A stretch of 64,000 bases of DNA from Geosiphon pyriformis uo1 (GCA_016748015.1 JAAOMT010000003.1:562373-626372), one strand, 5' to 3'. Shown: positions 1-14,120, numbered from the stretch's first letter. Notes: a model not told the origin generated them from the letters alone. Translations and numbers: made by a program.

Positions 1-64
1 ATAATTTTTTATCATAAAGCCCAATGCTTCAATTACCTTGCCAAATATTCCATTTTTCTTTTAG

Positions 65-1605
65 ATGGGTAGAAGCAGAACAGGATTGTACTTTGGGTTT
101 GCAGCTTGATCCAGATCATGTGAAAGCACTTTGGCGAAGAGGAATTGCTAGACGTGAACAAAGGAATTTTATCGAGGCTGAACAAGGTATTCTTGGGTAA
201 TTTCCATGCTTTCATGATGGGTAATTATAATCTAACTATTTTTCTTTCATTTGTTGATTTTTCTGTATTCACCAACGCTAACAAATAACATGATTTCGAT
301 TCTTGTACAATCAAATCACTCGAAATAACCCTTCTATTTTATCTTGAGATCTCAAAAATGCCTTGAAATTAGACCCAAACAATCGAGCAGTTAAAGAAGA
401 ATTAAACAAAGTATTACTTGCATTAAGCCAGAAAAAAGTAAAGATCTTACCTTAAGTCGCACTTGCAATATATAATACTTCAAAAGCAGTATATCATGCC
501 AAATCAACCCTTCCCATTTAGGAATCGGATTTAGGGAAAAATTTTCCTCAAGTGGCCTCCAATATTTGTATATCTTCAACGTTAAATGATATAACTTCGG
601 GGGTTGGCACAATCCGTCGCCGTCTAAGTATTGAAGAAGTTGATTTTGATGATGATTTTGATCTGGATCATGAAAAGGATAAAAATTTTGAAAAGGTAAA
701 AGAAGCGATATCGGAGGCAACTGGCATGGCACCCGAAGTCACAAAATTTATAGGAATTAAAGATGTTTCAAAAATAAAAGACATGATGCCCAAGGGAACT
801 TTCCAAGTAAGAATCAAAACTCGCTTTATGATACTAATTTGACTCGATATTTTAATTGGTTTGGAAAATATATTTTCAACTATCTCGATCTCATTTATGA
901 TAATGAATGAATTTCAGCCTCAAGACACCACCAACAACATAAAAATACCTTCCAGAAAGGATTCACTATTCAGTATAGGCTCAGCTGAGAAATTGAAGCC
1001 TCCACGGACATCTTTTCAGTTTGAAAGCGAGTGGAACAAATATTTAAAAAATGAAGAAGATCTATATAATTATTTAAAGGTAAAAGCAAAATATTTAACG
1101 TATGCCTTATGTTTAATATTTAGTCCATAATTATACCATTTATTAAGGTTATCGAACCCTCTACCTTTCCCGCAATCTTTTCGGAATTTTTTGATTCCGA
1201 TTATCTTTCTCGAATAATCATCATTCTGAGAAATATTTATTTATGGTAAATATCTATTTTGCGAAGATTTTCTTATTTTCATTAACTTTTTGTCTATTTG
1301 AAATAGTCGGGATACAATCGACTTAATTTATGAGACTTTATACCACTTAAGCCGAGTAACAAGATTTAAAATGATTCTAATGTTCCTCGATCAAGATGAT
1401 CGGCAAGGTAAAATAATTTTGAAGGTGTAAAGTGGCCTGGGTTTCTCTTCTTATATTCTAATCGTTTAATTTGTTTTATATTTTGAAAGCGTTAGGACAG
1501 TTGTTCCAGAATATGATGAATCCTCAGGATACTCATAATCAAAAAGTCAAGCTTGAGGACATAATGCTTTTGGCTACAACTTATGGTGTAGATATTCACG
1601 AATAA
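65..1605 (+). CDS. RPAP3: RPAP3-like TPR co-chaperone (RNA polymerase II-associated protein 3 family), 5'-truncated by the window; exons approx. 65-186, 349-437, 522-806, 918-1079, 1148-1245, 1307-1407, 1490-1605
   Basis: Manual splicing with GT..AG introns gives a TPR segment (WVEAEQDCTLGLQLDPDHVKALWRRGIARREQRNFIEAEQDLKNALKLDPNNRAVKEEL) and an RPAP3 C-terminal-type domain (PPRTSFQFESEWNKY..LYNYLKVIEPSTFPAIF..LYHLSRVTRFKMILMFL), ending DIHE-TAA at 1603-1605. Confidence 0.8.
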
Positions 1606-1966
1606 ATTTATTCTCAATTTCTCGGAGGAAAAAAAACTACTTATATGGAAAATACTTAGAAATGTAGTAATTTTAGGGAACCAAATGTGGTAATCCATAA
1701 TGTACAAATGGGGGAGGGGGGAGGATAATCCGAGACTAAACTGCATTGTACCAGTTCTTATACTATTACGTAAGAGATGGCTCTCCTCATCTTTTATCTC
1801 GAAGGATAAATCAAAAGCATCCAAGCTTTCAAAACTAATAAATAGTTTTTCGATAAAATCCTGACATGGATGATACCATTGGTTGAAAATGATAAATAAC
1901 AGTAGGTGCAGAGCCGACTGCAGTCCATCAATAACTCAAGAATTACTATCCAGGTATTTCAAAGAA

Positions 1967-2970
1967 CTAAGCGCCCGATGCAGTTGAAATGAACCCTCTT
2001 CGAGGGCGTAAGCGTTGATTCTCACGAATTATTTCCAATACGTGTGCCATACCCCTTCGACTCTACGGTCCCGCAAGTAGGTTATATCATAATCATGTAT
2101 AAAGTGTTTATTCAAAATAAAAATCCATACTACCATTTATTATAGGATTCTTTTGACATTTCGAGTGTTATTAACAAAAGCAAAAAGGCCATCGATCAGA
2201 AAACCGATATTAGATAAACTTACCTTGGCTGTGTTATCAACAAATTTCTTTAAACCAAATCCTTCAATGCGCTCCGTTAATGGGCCCCATCCAAAATTGC
2301 TAATTATTTTGGCTTCCGTCTTTACCTTGGTGCAGTCACTATTGTGCATATCAACATGAAAAGTTTGCCACTCTTCCACCTGCATCTTACGAACATGAGT
2401 GATATTTTTCGTACGTGTGATCATTGTTTTTGTCTTTGGATTGACCATTGACTCCTCTAATATGTAAGCCTCGGGGGTTTTGATTAGCTAAGAGGAATTG
2501 ATTGACACAAAGAAATAATATCAAAAATGTATTTGTTTACTCAAATTATAGCTATTTGATTCAACTTCTTAACGTATACTGACCCCTCTACCCCAACTCG
2601 GCACCTTCCCTCGTTTCAATATCAACCTTGTAGTTCGCAACATGCCCGAAATCGGGTCAATATATCGGTCAATTACATCGACGCTCAGTACATGTGAAGC
2701 AAACGGGTTCGGATATCGCATCCAGAATGCTAAAGTAACAATGTCCCAAGGAGCCCTAAGGATATATGTGGGTTAGTGAAACAGATAATTGCGCTCGCAT
2801 GTAATTTCATTTAAGCATCAAAGACCAGAAAACGAGAACTTTCTCAAGAAAAAGACCAGCTAGTTCCTTGTTGTTTCCCCTTGGAAAAAAACCTTCTTTA
2901 CGGCTATTCAAGCAGAGATATCGAAAGATACATACTCAAATTTACCGGTGTGTTGATAAAATTTTACCAT
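1967..2970 (-). CDS. UPS1: PRELI/MSF1-family mitochondrial intermembrane-space lipid transfer protein (Ups1-like), ~188 aa; exons 2970-2936, 2755-2584, 2487-2224, 2062-1967
   Basis: Spliced translation MVKFYQHTGKFEAPWDIVTLAFWMRYPNPFASHVLSVDVIDR..TTRLILKRGKVP..AYILEESMVNP..TRTKNITH..GLKKFVDNTAKSRRGMAHVLE; exon phases are consistent (567 nt) with canonical GT/AG sites. Confidence 0.85.
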
Positions 2971-3395
2971 TTTAGGAACTATAGCTAAAGTGTGCTTGGC
3001 CTAGTGCTTTGCTCTGGTTTTGTTGAAAAATCGTAAGTATTTTTTCGATTGAGAAGGAATTGACCCTCAAAAAAGTTATAAACATAAATGATTATTGAAA
3101 ATACAAGAGCCGTGGTCAATATAGTTGTCAGGGTTACCCGAATGCCAGTTTGAAAGGCAAGTCGGCAACCTTTAACATATTCAATAAATTAGGATCTAGA
3201 AAATCTTTGATCACGGACTAAAGAATTAACCATTTAATCCGCTGCAGAATGAAAAAAAATCCTTTAATTTTCAATTTTTCAATTATTAAAAAAATAACAA
3301 TTTATTTTTAAGTTTTTAAAATGCAAAAATAAATTGATGAAAATTTTTCTCAAATGTTCAAACGACCATAAAATAGGCCCTAAAATAAACGTGAC

Positions 3396-4190
3396 TCATG
3401 TGTTTTCTACATGTGACCACAGTCCAGGCTAAACTACGTTAAAGCTATGGAAGTAAACTTACCCAAAACAGCCAAAGTATTACTATTAAGAACCAAAACC
3501 AGCTAACCACGCAGTAGTCACATTTGCATCAGACTTCAAAAGCACCATTAACCTCACAAAAGTGCTTTTACTTAGAGGAGAATTTGGGTTTTCTATGTCA
3601 TATCACATTTTACTTTAAGATTTATCACTTTTGGCAAAATCACCAACAACTTTTTCAATAATGCCAATGTTTTTTAATTGTGAGAATTTTTTTACTATAG
3701 CATCCAAAAAAAAAGCATTAATCAACAAGTTTAATTTAATCAGCTTAAATCTCAAAAAAATCAACTTAGAGTTAATAACAAAATCAATAACATTAACAAT
3801 AAAAAAAAAAAAGATAAAAATATTTTATAATTAAAAATCAAATAATTTAAATCTTAATACTTAAAACAATATTAATATTTAAAAGCTTTTATTAAATATA
3901 ACTTTTTTTTAATATATTAATTTTATTAATAATAATATTTAAATTAATTTGAAAACCAAATATAACAATTACATATTTTAATTATCAAAAAAAAATTAAA
4001 AATAAAACAAATATACTTACAAATTTAAAAAACCAATTTATTGATTTTAAAAACAATATATTTAAAAAAAAATTAATCAATTAATTTTAAAAATTTTATT
4101 AAAACTTTAATAAGTATAGTTTAATTTCTATTTAATATATAAAAATAGATTAAGTATTTTAATTAAATATTTAATTTATATAAAAAAAAC
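3396..4190 (-). mobile_element. Degenerate LINE-related remnant (3' end)
   Basis: Begins with TCATGTGTTTTCTACATGTGACC, the same 3'-UTR motif seen in the two clear LINEs (about 5753 and 61006); the remainder decays to very AT-rich sequence. Confidence 0.4.
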
Positions 4191-4199
4191 TTTTTATTT

Positions 4200-5297
4200 T
4201 TTTAATTTTATAATTACAATCAAAATAAAGAGTAAAAAAGCTATACTTAATATTTTTTCTAAGATATTTAATAAAATTTTAACTAAAAAGATTCTTTTTA
4301 TTATAAAAACAACTAAACAAAATGTTTTAAAAACTTTTTCCTTAAATAATAATAGTAAAAATCTGCCTTTAGTAATTATTAAAGCATTTTTTTTATCTTT
4401 GACTAGTTCTTTACCAGTTAAAGTTTTCTTAAAGAAACACATTTGAATTTGTTTTAGTGTTGTTTTCACTTTTACTAAAAGCCCAAAAGTTTTTAATAAT
4501 AGATTAATTAACAAATTAGTCTTTTTAACTATTGTTATTATACTTAATATTACTAATATTACTTTTTTAAAAATAACCAAAAAAACCAAAAATTCCAAAA
4601 AGTGGAAGCAGTCATTTGCTTTTACTATTATTATACTGAACTTTTTTATGATTTCAAATAAAATTTTGAATAAAATTTTTAATATATCATCTAATATGTT
4701 ATCTAAAATAGACCAAGATTAATTGCTAACTGTATTGCCAAATATAGTATTTTTTAGCAAATTTTTATTAGTTTTAGAAACAAAACAACAATTTTTTATT
4801 GGATTATTTGTTCTTAAGAACTGGACTAATTAAATAAAAACTAATTTATTATTTTTCTGATTTTTGATGCTGTCATTAGTAATATTTAGGAAACTAATAC
4901 TAGTTATTAAAAATTTACTAAATGGGTGGTTTCTATTTTAGTGTTTAATACAACTTTTAAATTCAAATTGACTTATATTAAGGCTGTTTTTTAGTTTATA
5001 CATGATTTTTTAAGTGCAAAATTGGTATTAAAAAACAATATAAAACTTTTTTGTATAGAGTTTACTTCTTAAAAATCTTTAAAACTGTTTTTTAGTTGAA
5101 CTTATAAGTTTTGTTCATTTAATTATTCTTAAAATTGCCAAGTTTTTGGTAGTTTCTAAGACTAGTTTTTTTTTTAATACTATTATATTGTAAAATATGT
5201 TTTTGAATATATTTACAGCTAATATTAAAACAGCACTTAGTTAATTTAGTAAAATTATCTATATTATGCTAAAACTTATTAATGTTTGGTAATATAT
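4200..5297 (+). pseudogene. Heavily mutated LINE ORF1-like fragment
   Basis: Residual reading frame (KKWKQS..FKFKLTYIKAVF..KLFCIEFTS..NIKTALS..LKLINVW*YI) resembles RRM-type LINE ORF1; cut at 5297 by the G1 LTR. Confidence 0.45.
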
Positions 5298-5801
5298 TAT
5301 TATTAGTAAAAATTTGAAATATTAGTTAGCATAAAATTATTTTTATAATTCTTATTATTAATTAGTATATATTATTATTTCAATTTATTATTTATTAACT
5401 TATCTGAATTACTATTTAATTAATAATTTAATTTATAAAATACACAAATTGTAATTATTAATAATTTGATTTATAAAATACACAAATTGTAATTATTAAA
5501 TTATATAATACTTTGAATTATCTAATATTCAAAAATTTATCAAAATTTGTAAAAATTTATTAAAATAATTAATAATTTACCAAAATACTAAATAATTTAT
5601 AAAATAACTTATAGTTTACTAAAAATATCTCTTTAATATAACAAAATAATAACAAAAAAAGTGCAAATTTTTTTTTTTATTAAGTTTAATAAGTGAAATC
5701 CAAACACAGCCTAGTGCTATACATCAAAGAAATGATCTAAACTAGGTGTGAATCATGCTTTTTTTACACGTGACCAGCCACTCAGGCCAATCAGGACAAC
5801 A

Positions 5802-8800
5802 CTATACAGCTATATAAACTGACACTGAGTCATTAACACCTAAAAAAAATGAACAAAATTTACGAAAACCAAAACACACTCCAAAGGCATCAGTAATTCC
5901 AAGCAGTTTCAAAACACCAACAGAGAGCCCCAAAGCCAAACCAGAAACCGAAATAGGCACTAAACTGTCAAAAAGAATCAAACCATTTCTTTCCATATAG
6001 GCATGGTGCTTAGTACGAACCAACCAGATATTATCTCTAAAAGCCATACTGAGAGAGTGCACAAACTTAACAACCTTCACACCAGCAACTTTGGGGTTGT
6101 GGAAAATAGAAACAGCTTCATGGAACCAACCATTAAAAACAAAACCTTTGAAGAGAGCCACAGACACAGAAGAACTAGAAGTACAGAAAGACAACAGTCA
6201 CAACACAGTTGAAGAAGAATAAGTAAAACCAGAAAGTGCTTTCCAAGTATTCGCATGAGAGTCCAACAACTGACGGCAAGCAGACTCATCAACCTTACAA
6301 GAAAATGCATGATCTGACATCTCCACATTACCACAATATAAGCACAGCACACTGGGATAAAGTCTTTTATAGAGATACTTCTGAACGGCAACAGGCAAGC
6401 AATAATGTAGAGCTTTCATGAAATACATGTATGCATTAGCTGAAAATTGGCTGGTGAAACTGGCAGCCATGTGCAAATCAGAATGGCACACCAATGAGGA
6501 GCAAACCCAGTCAACATCAAACTGTAAACTATCCTTCAAAAACTTTGAGCCAGAACTGATCTCCCAACATGCATGACAAATGAACCAATAGATATTACGA
6601 ACAAAATGTCTAGAATTACCAGAAACTACACCATAATCAGCCACAATAAAATGTTCATCCAAGTGAGAAAGAAGACACCAATTCAAAAGAGAGGCGGCAC
6701 CAGCAATCATGTTAGCATGCTCATTTCCCAAAACACCAGAGTGGCCCTTCATCTTGCATCAACTAACTTTTAAATTTTTATCATGAATGACATTAACAAT
6801 ATGTTGACATTCAACCCAGCACTGATTATGAAAGTCAGGACACACCAAACCCAGTTCTGATCTGCAAGCATCCAAAGCAAATTGACTATCTGAAAAGAGA
6901 TAAATAGTATTAGATAATGGAGCACATTCCAGAGCCAATACAATAGCCTGCAATTCAGCCAGAGTATAAAACATCAAACCAGAAACACCAACATCCAAGC
7001 CTAAACCAATGTCCTCAAAAAAGGCAGCAGCACCAGCTCTATAGCTAACAGTGCCTAGATTTTTTATGGACCCATCTATGTATACAGACAAAATACTATT
7101 ATCAACTCTCGAAAACTGATCGCAAACAGACCCAAGAATGTCTAGAGAACTACTACTACATACAGCCAAGGGACAAGTTGGAGACAGAAACGCATTATTG
7201 AGAAATGCAGCAGACAATTTGAACCACTCCAGAACAGAACCACAAGGGTCCAATCTCTTCTACTGTTTAAATGTGTACTAATCAAAAGTGGCACCATAAC
7301 AATCACAAAGCTAATTTACGAATGCAATACCATAATGCCAGAGAGAAGAGAGAAACTTGACAAATCTTGACTCATCCAAAACAACTGACATGGGCACCCC
7401 ACCATGAAACCGGAAAGAATTGGCCAATGAGCCACTCAGAGATAAATTACAATTAAGAAGAATATGAACCATACCTGCCAGAAAATTATTAAAGGTGCCA
7501 ATACAAGTGTGAACAGGAGAGACCACAGGATAAACAGGACGCCAACATCAAACCTACAAGTCATGTGCCCAGTGAGAAAACAAGTGACCCAGAATCCCAC
7601 CAGAGTTCACAAAGCTAATAAGTAATGCAACCTTACTCTTAGATTGAATCTGCAAAAAAGACTTTAGATTATAAAATAAAGAATAATGTATTGTATTATT
7701 GGGGAAGTCGAAAGGCAGACCAGACTTAAGCTTTAAGCCTTTGCAAATAAGAGCATCTCATTTATTACACACACCAACAGAAACAAAGCTGAACTGAGTT
7801 CTATAACTGACAATAGGATAGAAAACTGCCAACACCAGATACAAGAACTGCTTATTGGACACAGTTTTTCTTAGAACCAGATTGGTAAAAAAATGAACAT
7901 TCGAATGTGTCTTAGCCAAACTAGGCTTCAAGAGACCCTCAGTCGAAAAAAAATACCCAGATACCAATGAGCCTCCCCTTTTCTAGCAATAAAGATGGGT
8001 GAACCACTGATAAAAAGAGAAAGATTGCTGATTCTGCTGTTAATGGGAATGGCCACTGTTTTAACATTATTAATAGAAATGTCATTGATCTAAAAAAATT
8101 TACTAGCAACATCAAGAATGTGTTGAGTAGCACTCTAACTGCTGCCAATCCAAATTGTATTATTGACGAAAGTGTCAGCAGCAAAAAAAGAAGTAAGCCC
8201 AGCCTTGGAATCAGTGTGACCACTTTTAGAAATAAAATAAGAATTCAACCTATACCTATACATACTCTTCTGATGCTTGATTTCATATAACAAAGGATCA
8301 TAAAATATGCACCACAGAAGGGGTAAAAAGACTTCTTCCTGGTTCAGACCATCATGTACCCAATATCCACCCATCAAACCAAAATCAGTTATAACACGAT
8401 TGGTACGATTTCTATAAATACTACTGAAAAAACAAATAAACTTGCTGCACATTTTAATCCTGATCAGACTCTTTTTGAGATGCTCCCATCTAATTGAATT
8501 GTATGCTTTCCTCATATCCTGTAAAACTAACCAAAGCTCCCAATTCTTCTCCAAAGCATCTTCAATGACTGAACCAATAGCAAAAATAGGAGACTGGGTC
8601 GTTATACCCTTCAAAACTGAAAAATTGTCCTCACGAAGAACATCAAAAGCACTGCATACCAAAAAAATCCTATCAAAGAGAATCTTGGAAAGAATTTTAT
8701 GAGCTGTCTCAATTAAAGCAATAGGTCAAGTATTTGTAAAAACACCTTCCCATTTATATGGTTTGGGAATCATCAAGACTCAGGTCTCCTTCCAAGAGCC

Positions 8801-10474
8801 AGGCACAAATTCACTAGACAAACAAGAATTCAAAAGCACTAAAAGCATATCCAGAACTGCTTTATCACAGTGTTTCCAAAACTCATTTGAAATTCCTAAA
8901 AAACCAGCAGCCTTGCCATCAGGCAGAGAAGAAACCACCCCAAACAATTTCTTAAATTCAATTGAACTCATAACACCAAAAAAAGCTTTATCAAAAACAT
9001 ACTCCAACAGCTGGTATTAATAGCACTAATCACCAAAGACATCATCTACCACTTGACATTTTCTAGTCCAGCCCTTCATGATGACATCTACCTTAGACTT
9101 AACTAAATCAGGTTCCAGGATAAGTTCATTACCAACAACTAAATGATTGAGCACCACTTTGTGAAACAGCTGTTTTAGAACACTCTTAATTGTATGATCT
9201 TTATTTACTTTAAAGCTCTCTATCCTCTTATCTATGGCAGCTCTAACAGCTGTCTTCTTAGTCTTCAAAGATTTAGCAAGTTTGGACATGTGGTAAGCCC
9301 TTTTAGCACCAAAAAAAGCAGAACAAACATGACCAGAATCTGCACCAGAATTCACAATAACCTGAACAGCTGAAGCTCTAACATTGTTCAGAGAAACCCA
9401 GCACTTTATAAGAGAATCAAAATTTGCAACACACCCTTCACAAGAAGCCTTAACAATTTTAGAAACCAAAAGCTCTAACCTATGATATCTAGAAGAGTTC
9501 TTGGTAAAAACATCATTGAAGCTCTTGAACCACTTTTTCTTGAACACTTCATTAGCCGAAAGAATCACAATCTTGCAAACTACATCTCATATCGCATCCA
9601 AATCTAAAAACCTTATAGAGGTGGCAAATTCATTCAAGAACATCACAGCATTGGCTGATGTAGCAATTCCAAATTTTTTCCACTTAGCCTCAATAACACC
9701 TTTGAAATCAAATTTCCATTGATCTCTATTTGCTTGTTTGCAAACAGAATTCAGCCGTGTATCCAGAAGCCCACCCAAACTCACAGACACAGATATAACC
9801 TGGTGGTCAGTATTAAAAAATTTGCCAACATCAAACACATTGCAACTCACCACAGCATTAGCCAAATTCAAAAAAATAAACAAAAAATTGATCATTTTGG
9901 CCACACCATGAGAGTTAGCTTATATAGGCTCTTTTACATAAGAACATCTACTTAAGGAATTGACCAGATCAAGATCCAACCATTTTTTAAAACTGGCACT
10001 CTTATGGGAGCCATTTTTATTGAAATCACCACCCAGAACAACAAAAAAAGACTCATTGATGGCCCTAGCAATCATAGAATTGATATTACCAGCTTGAAAG
10101 AACTGAACTACTGAAAAAGCACCAACATAGAGCCCCAAAATAGAAACAGAAAGTTTATTCTTAAAGAGCAACTTGAGAGAGAGAAGCCAACCAGGCACTT
10201 CAGAAACCTTATACACATGCTTTGTCAAAGAAGTGTCTATAATAATTGCAACACCAGAATCCAGATGACCAGATTCCGAACCTGAAGTAAAAACCCAAAC
10301 TCCATCAAACTTATTCATAATCCACAGGCAAATTTTACCCTTCAACTTAGTTTCAGTAACAATAGAAATCAAATTGTTCATTTCTTTATGCCAATGAATT
10401 ATATTATCCTGTTTTACAGGATTGTTCATGCCTCTAATATTGCATGTGGTGATCTTTCAAACTAAGACATTCAT
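5802..10474 (-). pseudogene. LINE ORF2: APE endonuclease - reverse transcriptase - RNase H - C-terminal Cys/His motif
   Basis: TCNIRGMN, VTETKL, GVAII, GGDFN, TDH (endonuclease); LQDMRKAYNSI, DGLNQEE..PLLW..FYDPLL (RT); YIDGS, AELQAI, FSDSQ, KGHSGVLGNEHAN (RNase H); CLYCGNVEMSDHAFSC. Many premature stops. Confidence 0.92.
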
Positions 10475-12432
10475 TGAGAAGTAGAGGAAGCTGACAAACC
10501 TAAACTTAAGCACAAATAGTCTAATTTTTCTAAAACAGACTCAACCAAAACTTCTAAAGCCACCATCTTGGATTCCAAACCACTAACTTTGGTGGTCAAA
10601 ATCTTAAAACTGCTTAAACTTAAGTCGGCAGCTGCATTATTAACAACTGGAGAAAGGGGGGCAGAAAACACTGGCACACTATCCAAAGCCATATCTGAAT
10701 TCAGACCAGAAACCACAGACACAGGAACCACTGGAGGAAAAACATCAGATGTGACTGCCAGGAGTACTAATTCCATGAAACTCAATTTTTTTAATATACT
10801 AGAAATCTGGTCAGCCAAAAGTTCCAAAGAACGTTTCAAAGAAGCCAAATGACCATACAAGTCATGGTTATCAGGAGAAGCAGAACTAAATAGAGAGGTT
10901 TTAGCAACAAGAGGCAAACTGGCACTATGATGAACTGAGGAAGCCACACGAGAAGAAGAACCACCAGCTACTTGAGCCCAAGTTTTGCTACCAAAGGAGA
11001 CTGAATGGGCAATAGAAGCCTATTTCCTCTTATAAATACTCGCCAAATGGACCTGATTTTAATCAGTCACCACCCGTTTCCCACAAATCTCAGAATTCCT
11101 GCCAACTGAACATGTATCAGAAATATGACCAAATTGTTTGCAACGAGCACAGCAGACCAAAAAAAGGCCAGCCCAGTGCAAATTCACACCCTTAAACACC
11201 AGAGTAGAACCAATAGCAACCACTTTGGACACTTCATCAACAAAACACACAATCACACATCTATCATGCACATATGAACTGAGATTATGGCTAATAAAAC
11301 AAGTCTTCCAACCATATAATTCTAACAAACCAGAAAGATTATAAGCTGTCATACCAACTGAAAGAGTGTAAAACAATGCATGATGTAGATTCCTGAATAC
11401 CCACAATTGCTTATTAACAATTGCTTTTGCCACACAAACAGAATTTTTTTCCATGAAAACAAACCATTTAGCCACAACCAAATTAGCTATCTCAAATAAT
11501 TTAAACTCAACTAATGCTTTTTGCCACAGGCCAATCAATTGTATCTTGATTAATACAATCTTGCCAAATTTGGAAAAAACAGATTCCACAGCTGATTTGG
11601 GAAGATCGACTAGAATCTTCTTGATGACAATTTCTCAATCTGAATGTTTATTTACCTGTCTGACATCATTATTAACTAAAATTTTTTTACTGACTGCCAA
11701 ATCTCTTGTCTTATTTAAACTTATTTCAGATGTGAAAAAAGATCTGATGATCCCAAGAAATTTTGAGGGAGTGAAGACCTCCTCAAAACCATCAATTTAA
11801 TAAAAGATTTTTTTGACTGCCAGTAACTTATTATTATTCATTTTTCTAGACACAGCAGATAATTCAACATCCAATGCGAACAATTTGACTGGTTCGAAGC
11901 TACGTTTTACCAGGACACGTGACCTGGTACTCGGTTTCTGATTGGAACCACCAAACTTGGAAGAAGAGAGCTCCAGAATGTCATCAATGTCATTCACATT
12001 ATTAAAAGAAGGCCTTTTCAGTAGTTGTCCCAGAACATACGTCTTCATTCTCATCTTTTTTAGAGTTGTATCATCCACCATATCATCAGTTTCAGAATTG
12101 TTGGAATTCATAAAACTCATTTCCTCTGCCACTATATTGGTCATGTTTTCCAAGTTAGACATTCCACTAATACTAGCATTTTCACTCTCCATCTCACTAT
12201 TCCAAGACATCTTACACTCCAAACTGTTAGTTTGCAAAACATTGCCAAGAACAGGACCAGCCAACAAATTGACCACACCACCAGCCATACCAGGATTCTT
12301 AGGTTTTTTGAACAAAAGACCATGAGAATACATGCTCTTAATGCATGCTTTCTTTTTGTTACTATTAGACCAGGTTTCCAACTCAGCCAAAACAATACCA
12401 GAACCATCAGCTGAGGAGTCTACTGGTTCCAT
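10471..12432 (-). pseudogene. LINE ORF1 (RRM-like region, CCHC zinc knuckle, coiled coil)
   Basis: In-frame fragments 12432-11797, 11589-11059, 10947-10471; motifs ESVFSKFGKIV..WQKALVEF and CARCKQFGHISDTC. Confidence 0.85.
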
Positions 12433-14120
12433 CGCAACAAAAGAAGGAAAGTCAGAAGAAATAACTAGAAAGGAAACAAAGAAGAAAGAGAAAAAGACTA
12501 ATTAAACTTCAATAAAATTTCGCTCTCGTTGTGGTCAAGGGATCAACAAGAGAAAAGTTTTTTGCAAATTTATAGACTAGTATTATAACAAGTTGTATAA
12601 AAAAAGAGCTTTTTTTTGAAAAAATATATTTTAGCTAAAATTATCTTTATTAGAAATATTTTTTTTAATATTTATACAAATTATTCTAATAAAAAGTATA
12701 TTGAAAACAACAAAAATTATAAAGTATTTTTTATTTAAATTTCCTAAATTCTAATTAATGTTTAAAATTAATTAGCTACCAATTTCAGTAATTTATTAGT
12801 AACTTTAAACTTAAACAAAAAACAATTCTTTTAATAAAATTTTTTTTCATTTACATTTTTTTGTTTTTTTTTTCTTTTATTATTATATATATTAGAATAG
12901 TCTACAGACAAAATTCCTATAAAAAATTTGATTTTAAACAAGCATTTTTTAAGAAAAAGTTGATTTTTACTACAAAATAATTATACAAATAACTGATATA
13001 AAATTGGTTATTTTATTTATAAGCCCAATAGTTTAAATTATAAAAAATAATTTAAAGATAAATTTAGTTATTAGAGATTCATTAGTTTTTAATAATTAGA
13101 AAGTAATAGCAAAATAATAACAATGATATTTAAGAAAAAAAACCAAAAACTTTTAATAATATTTAATGCTTTCCTACAGATTAAACACAATAGCAACTTT
13201 AGCAAATACAGCTACTTTTAAGTATTATCATTTAATTTATATCTGCTGTAAACAGATATTTAACATCTAAAACAGAATTGAAATTTTTAAGAAAACACTT
13301 TATTAATACATTAAAAATTGTATTAACAATTATTTTTTTGAAGACTAAAATGTTTTAAAAGTTGAAAGTAACTTTTATAGAAATCTACTATATTATTTAC
13401 ATATAAGCATTGAAAATTACAACAATAAAACTTTTTACACATACTTTTAAAAACTTAACTACAGCATTATTTAATATTATAAAAAGAAATATCTAATACA
13501 ATCCAATTTTTTTTTTGATTTAGAATTAAAACCAAAAGTTAGAAAAAAAAACAAAAGAAAAAAACATTTTAAATTAGCCATATTACTTATAATATATCAA
13601 AAATAACTGCTAAATACTTATAAATACCAAAACAAAAAACCAGTATTAAATTACCACTTTTTATCATACTATTTTCAGTTTTACTTGTTTAAGTTCAGAT
13701 ATTACTTAATTATTTTTTAAGACCAAAAGACTTTATATTACCAAAAAGCCTATTACAATAGCCTAAACAAATTTTTACTAACAAATTTTTTCAATTTCTT
13801 AGCAAAAAACCAGAGTAATTATTTTGATAATATAGACAATAAAAAAAACATTTCTGAATTTACTGAAAAAAAACTGCTAAAAATAAAAACACAAAAGAAA
13901 TAGTAACTACTTATATTGCAAATATTATTGAATTTTTAAGAAAGAATACTAACATTGGTTTTCAAAAATAACTTGATAAAATTTTAAAAGCAAGAAATAC
14001 TAATAGTTAAAATACAGCAAAAATATTAAAAACAATTTCTTATTTTCTTTAAGAAACAGCAAAAGAATAGTTTAAAAACTTAAGTGAATTATTCAAAAAT
14101 TAATAAGTATTTAAAAATGC

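Larger units (their letters stand above)
5671..12562 (-). mobile_element. Full-length non-LTR retrotransposon (LINE; APE endonuclease, RT, RNase H), pseudogenised
   Basis: 9-bp TSD TGCAAATTT (5662-5670, 12563-12571), poly(A) tail seen as a T-run at 5668-5678, and ORF1 and ORF2 in order. Confidence 0.93.
5298..13161 (+). repeat. G1 5' LTR (5298-5670 + 12572-13161), split by the LINE
   Basis: Both halves match the reverse complement of the G2/G4 LTR and join at TGCAAATTT; followed by a decayed PBS (TTTAATGCTTTCC). Contains a local ~30-bp duplication at 5431-5498. Confidence 0.75.

Noticed and set aside
2140-2223. Track ORF 2140-2448 as the last exon of the UPS1-like gene
   Set aside because: A GTAAGT donor at 2223 and an exon at 2062-1967 give the family-typical C-terminus (SRRGMAHVLE).
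5802-12432. Alternative genetic code (TGA=Trp) suggested by stops at conserved Trp positions
   Set aside because: Stops also replace CAA/CAG/CGA and differ between copies; host genes use TGG normally.
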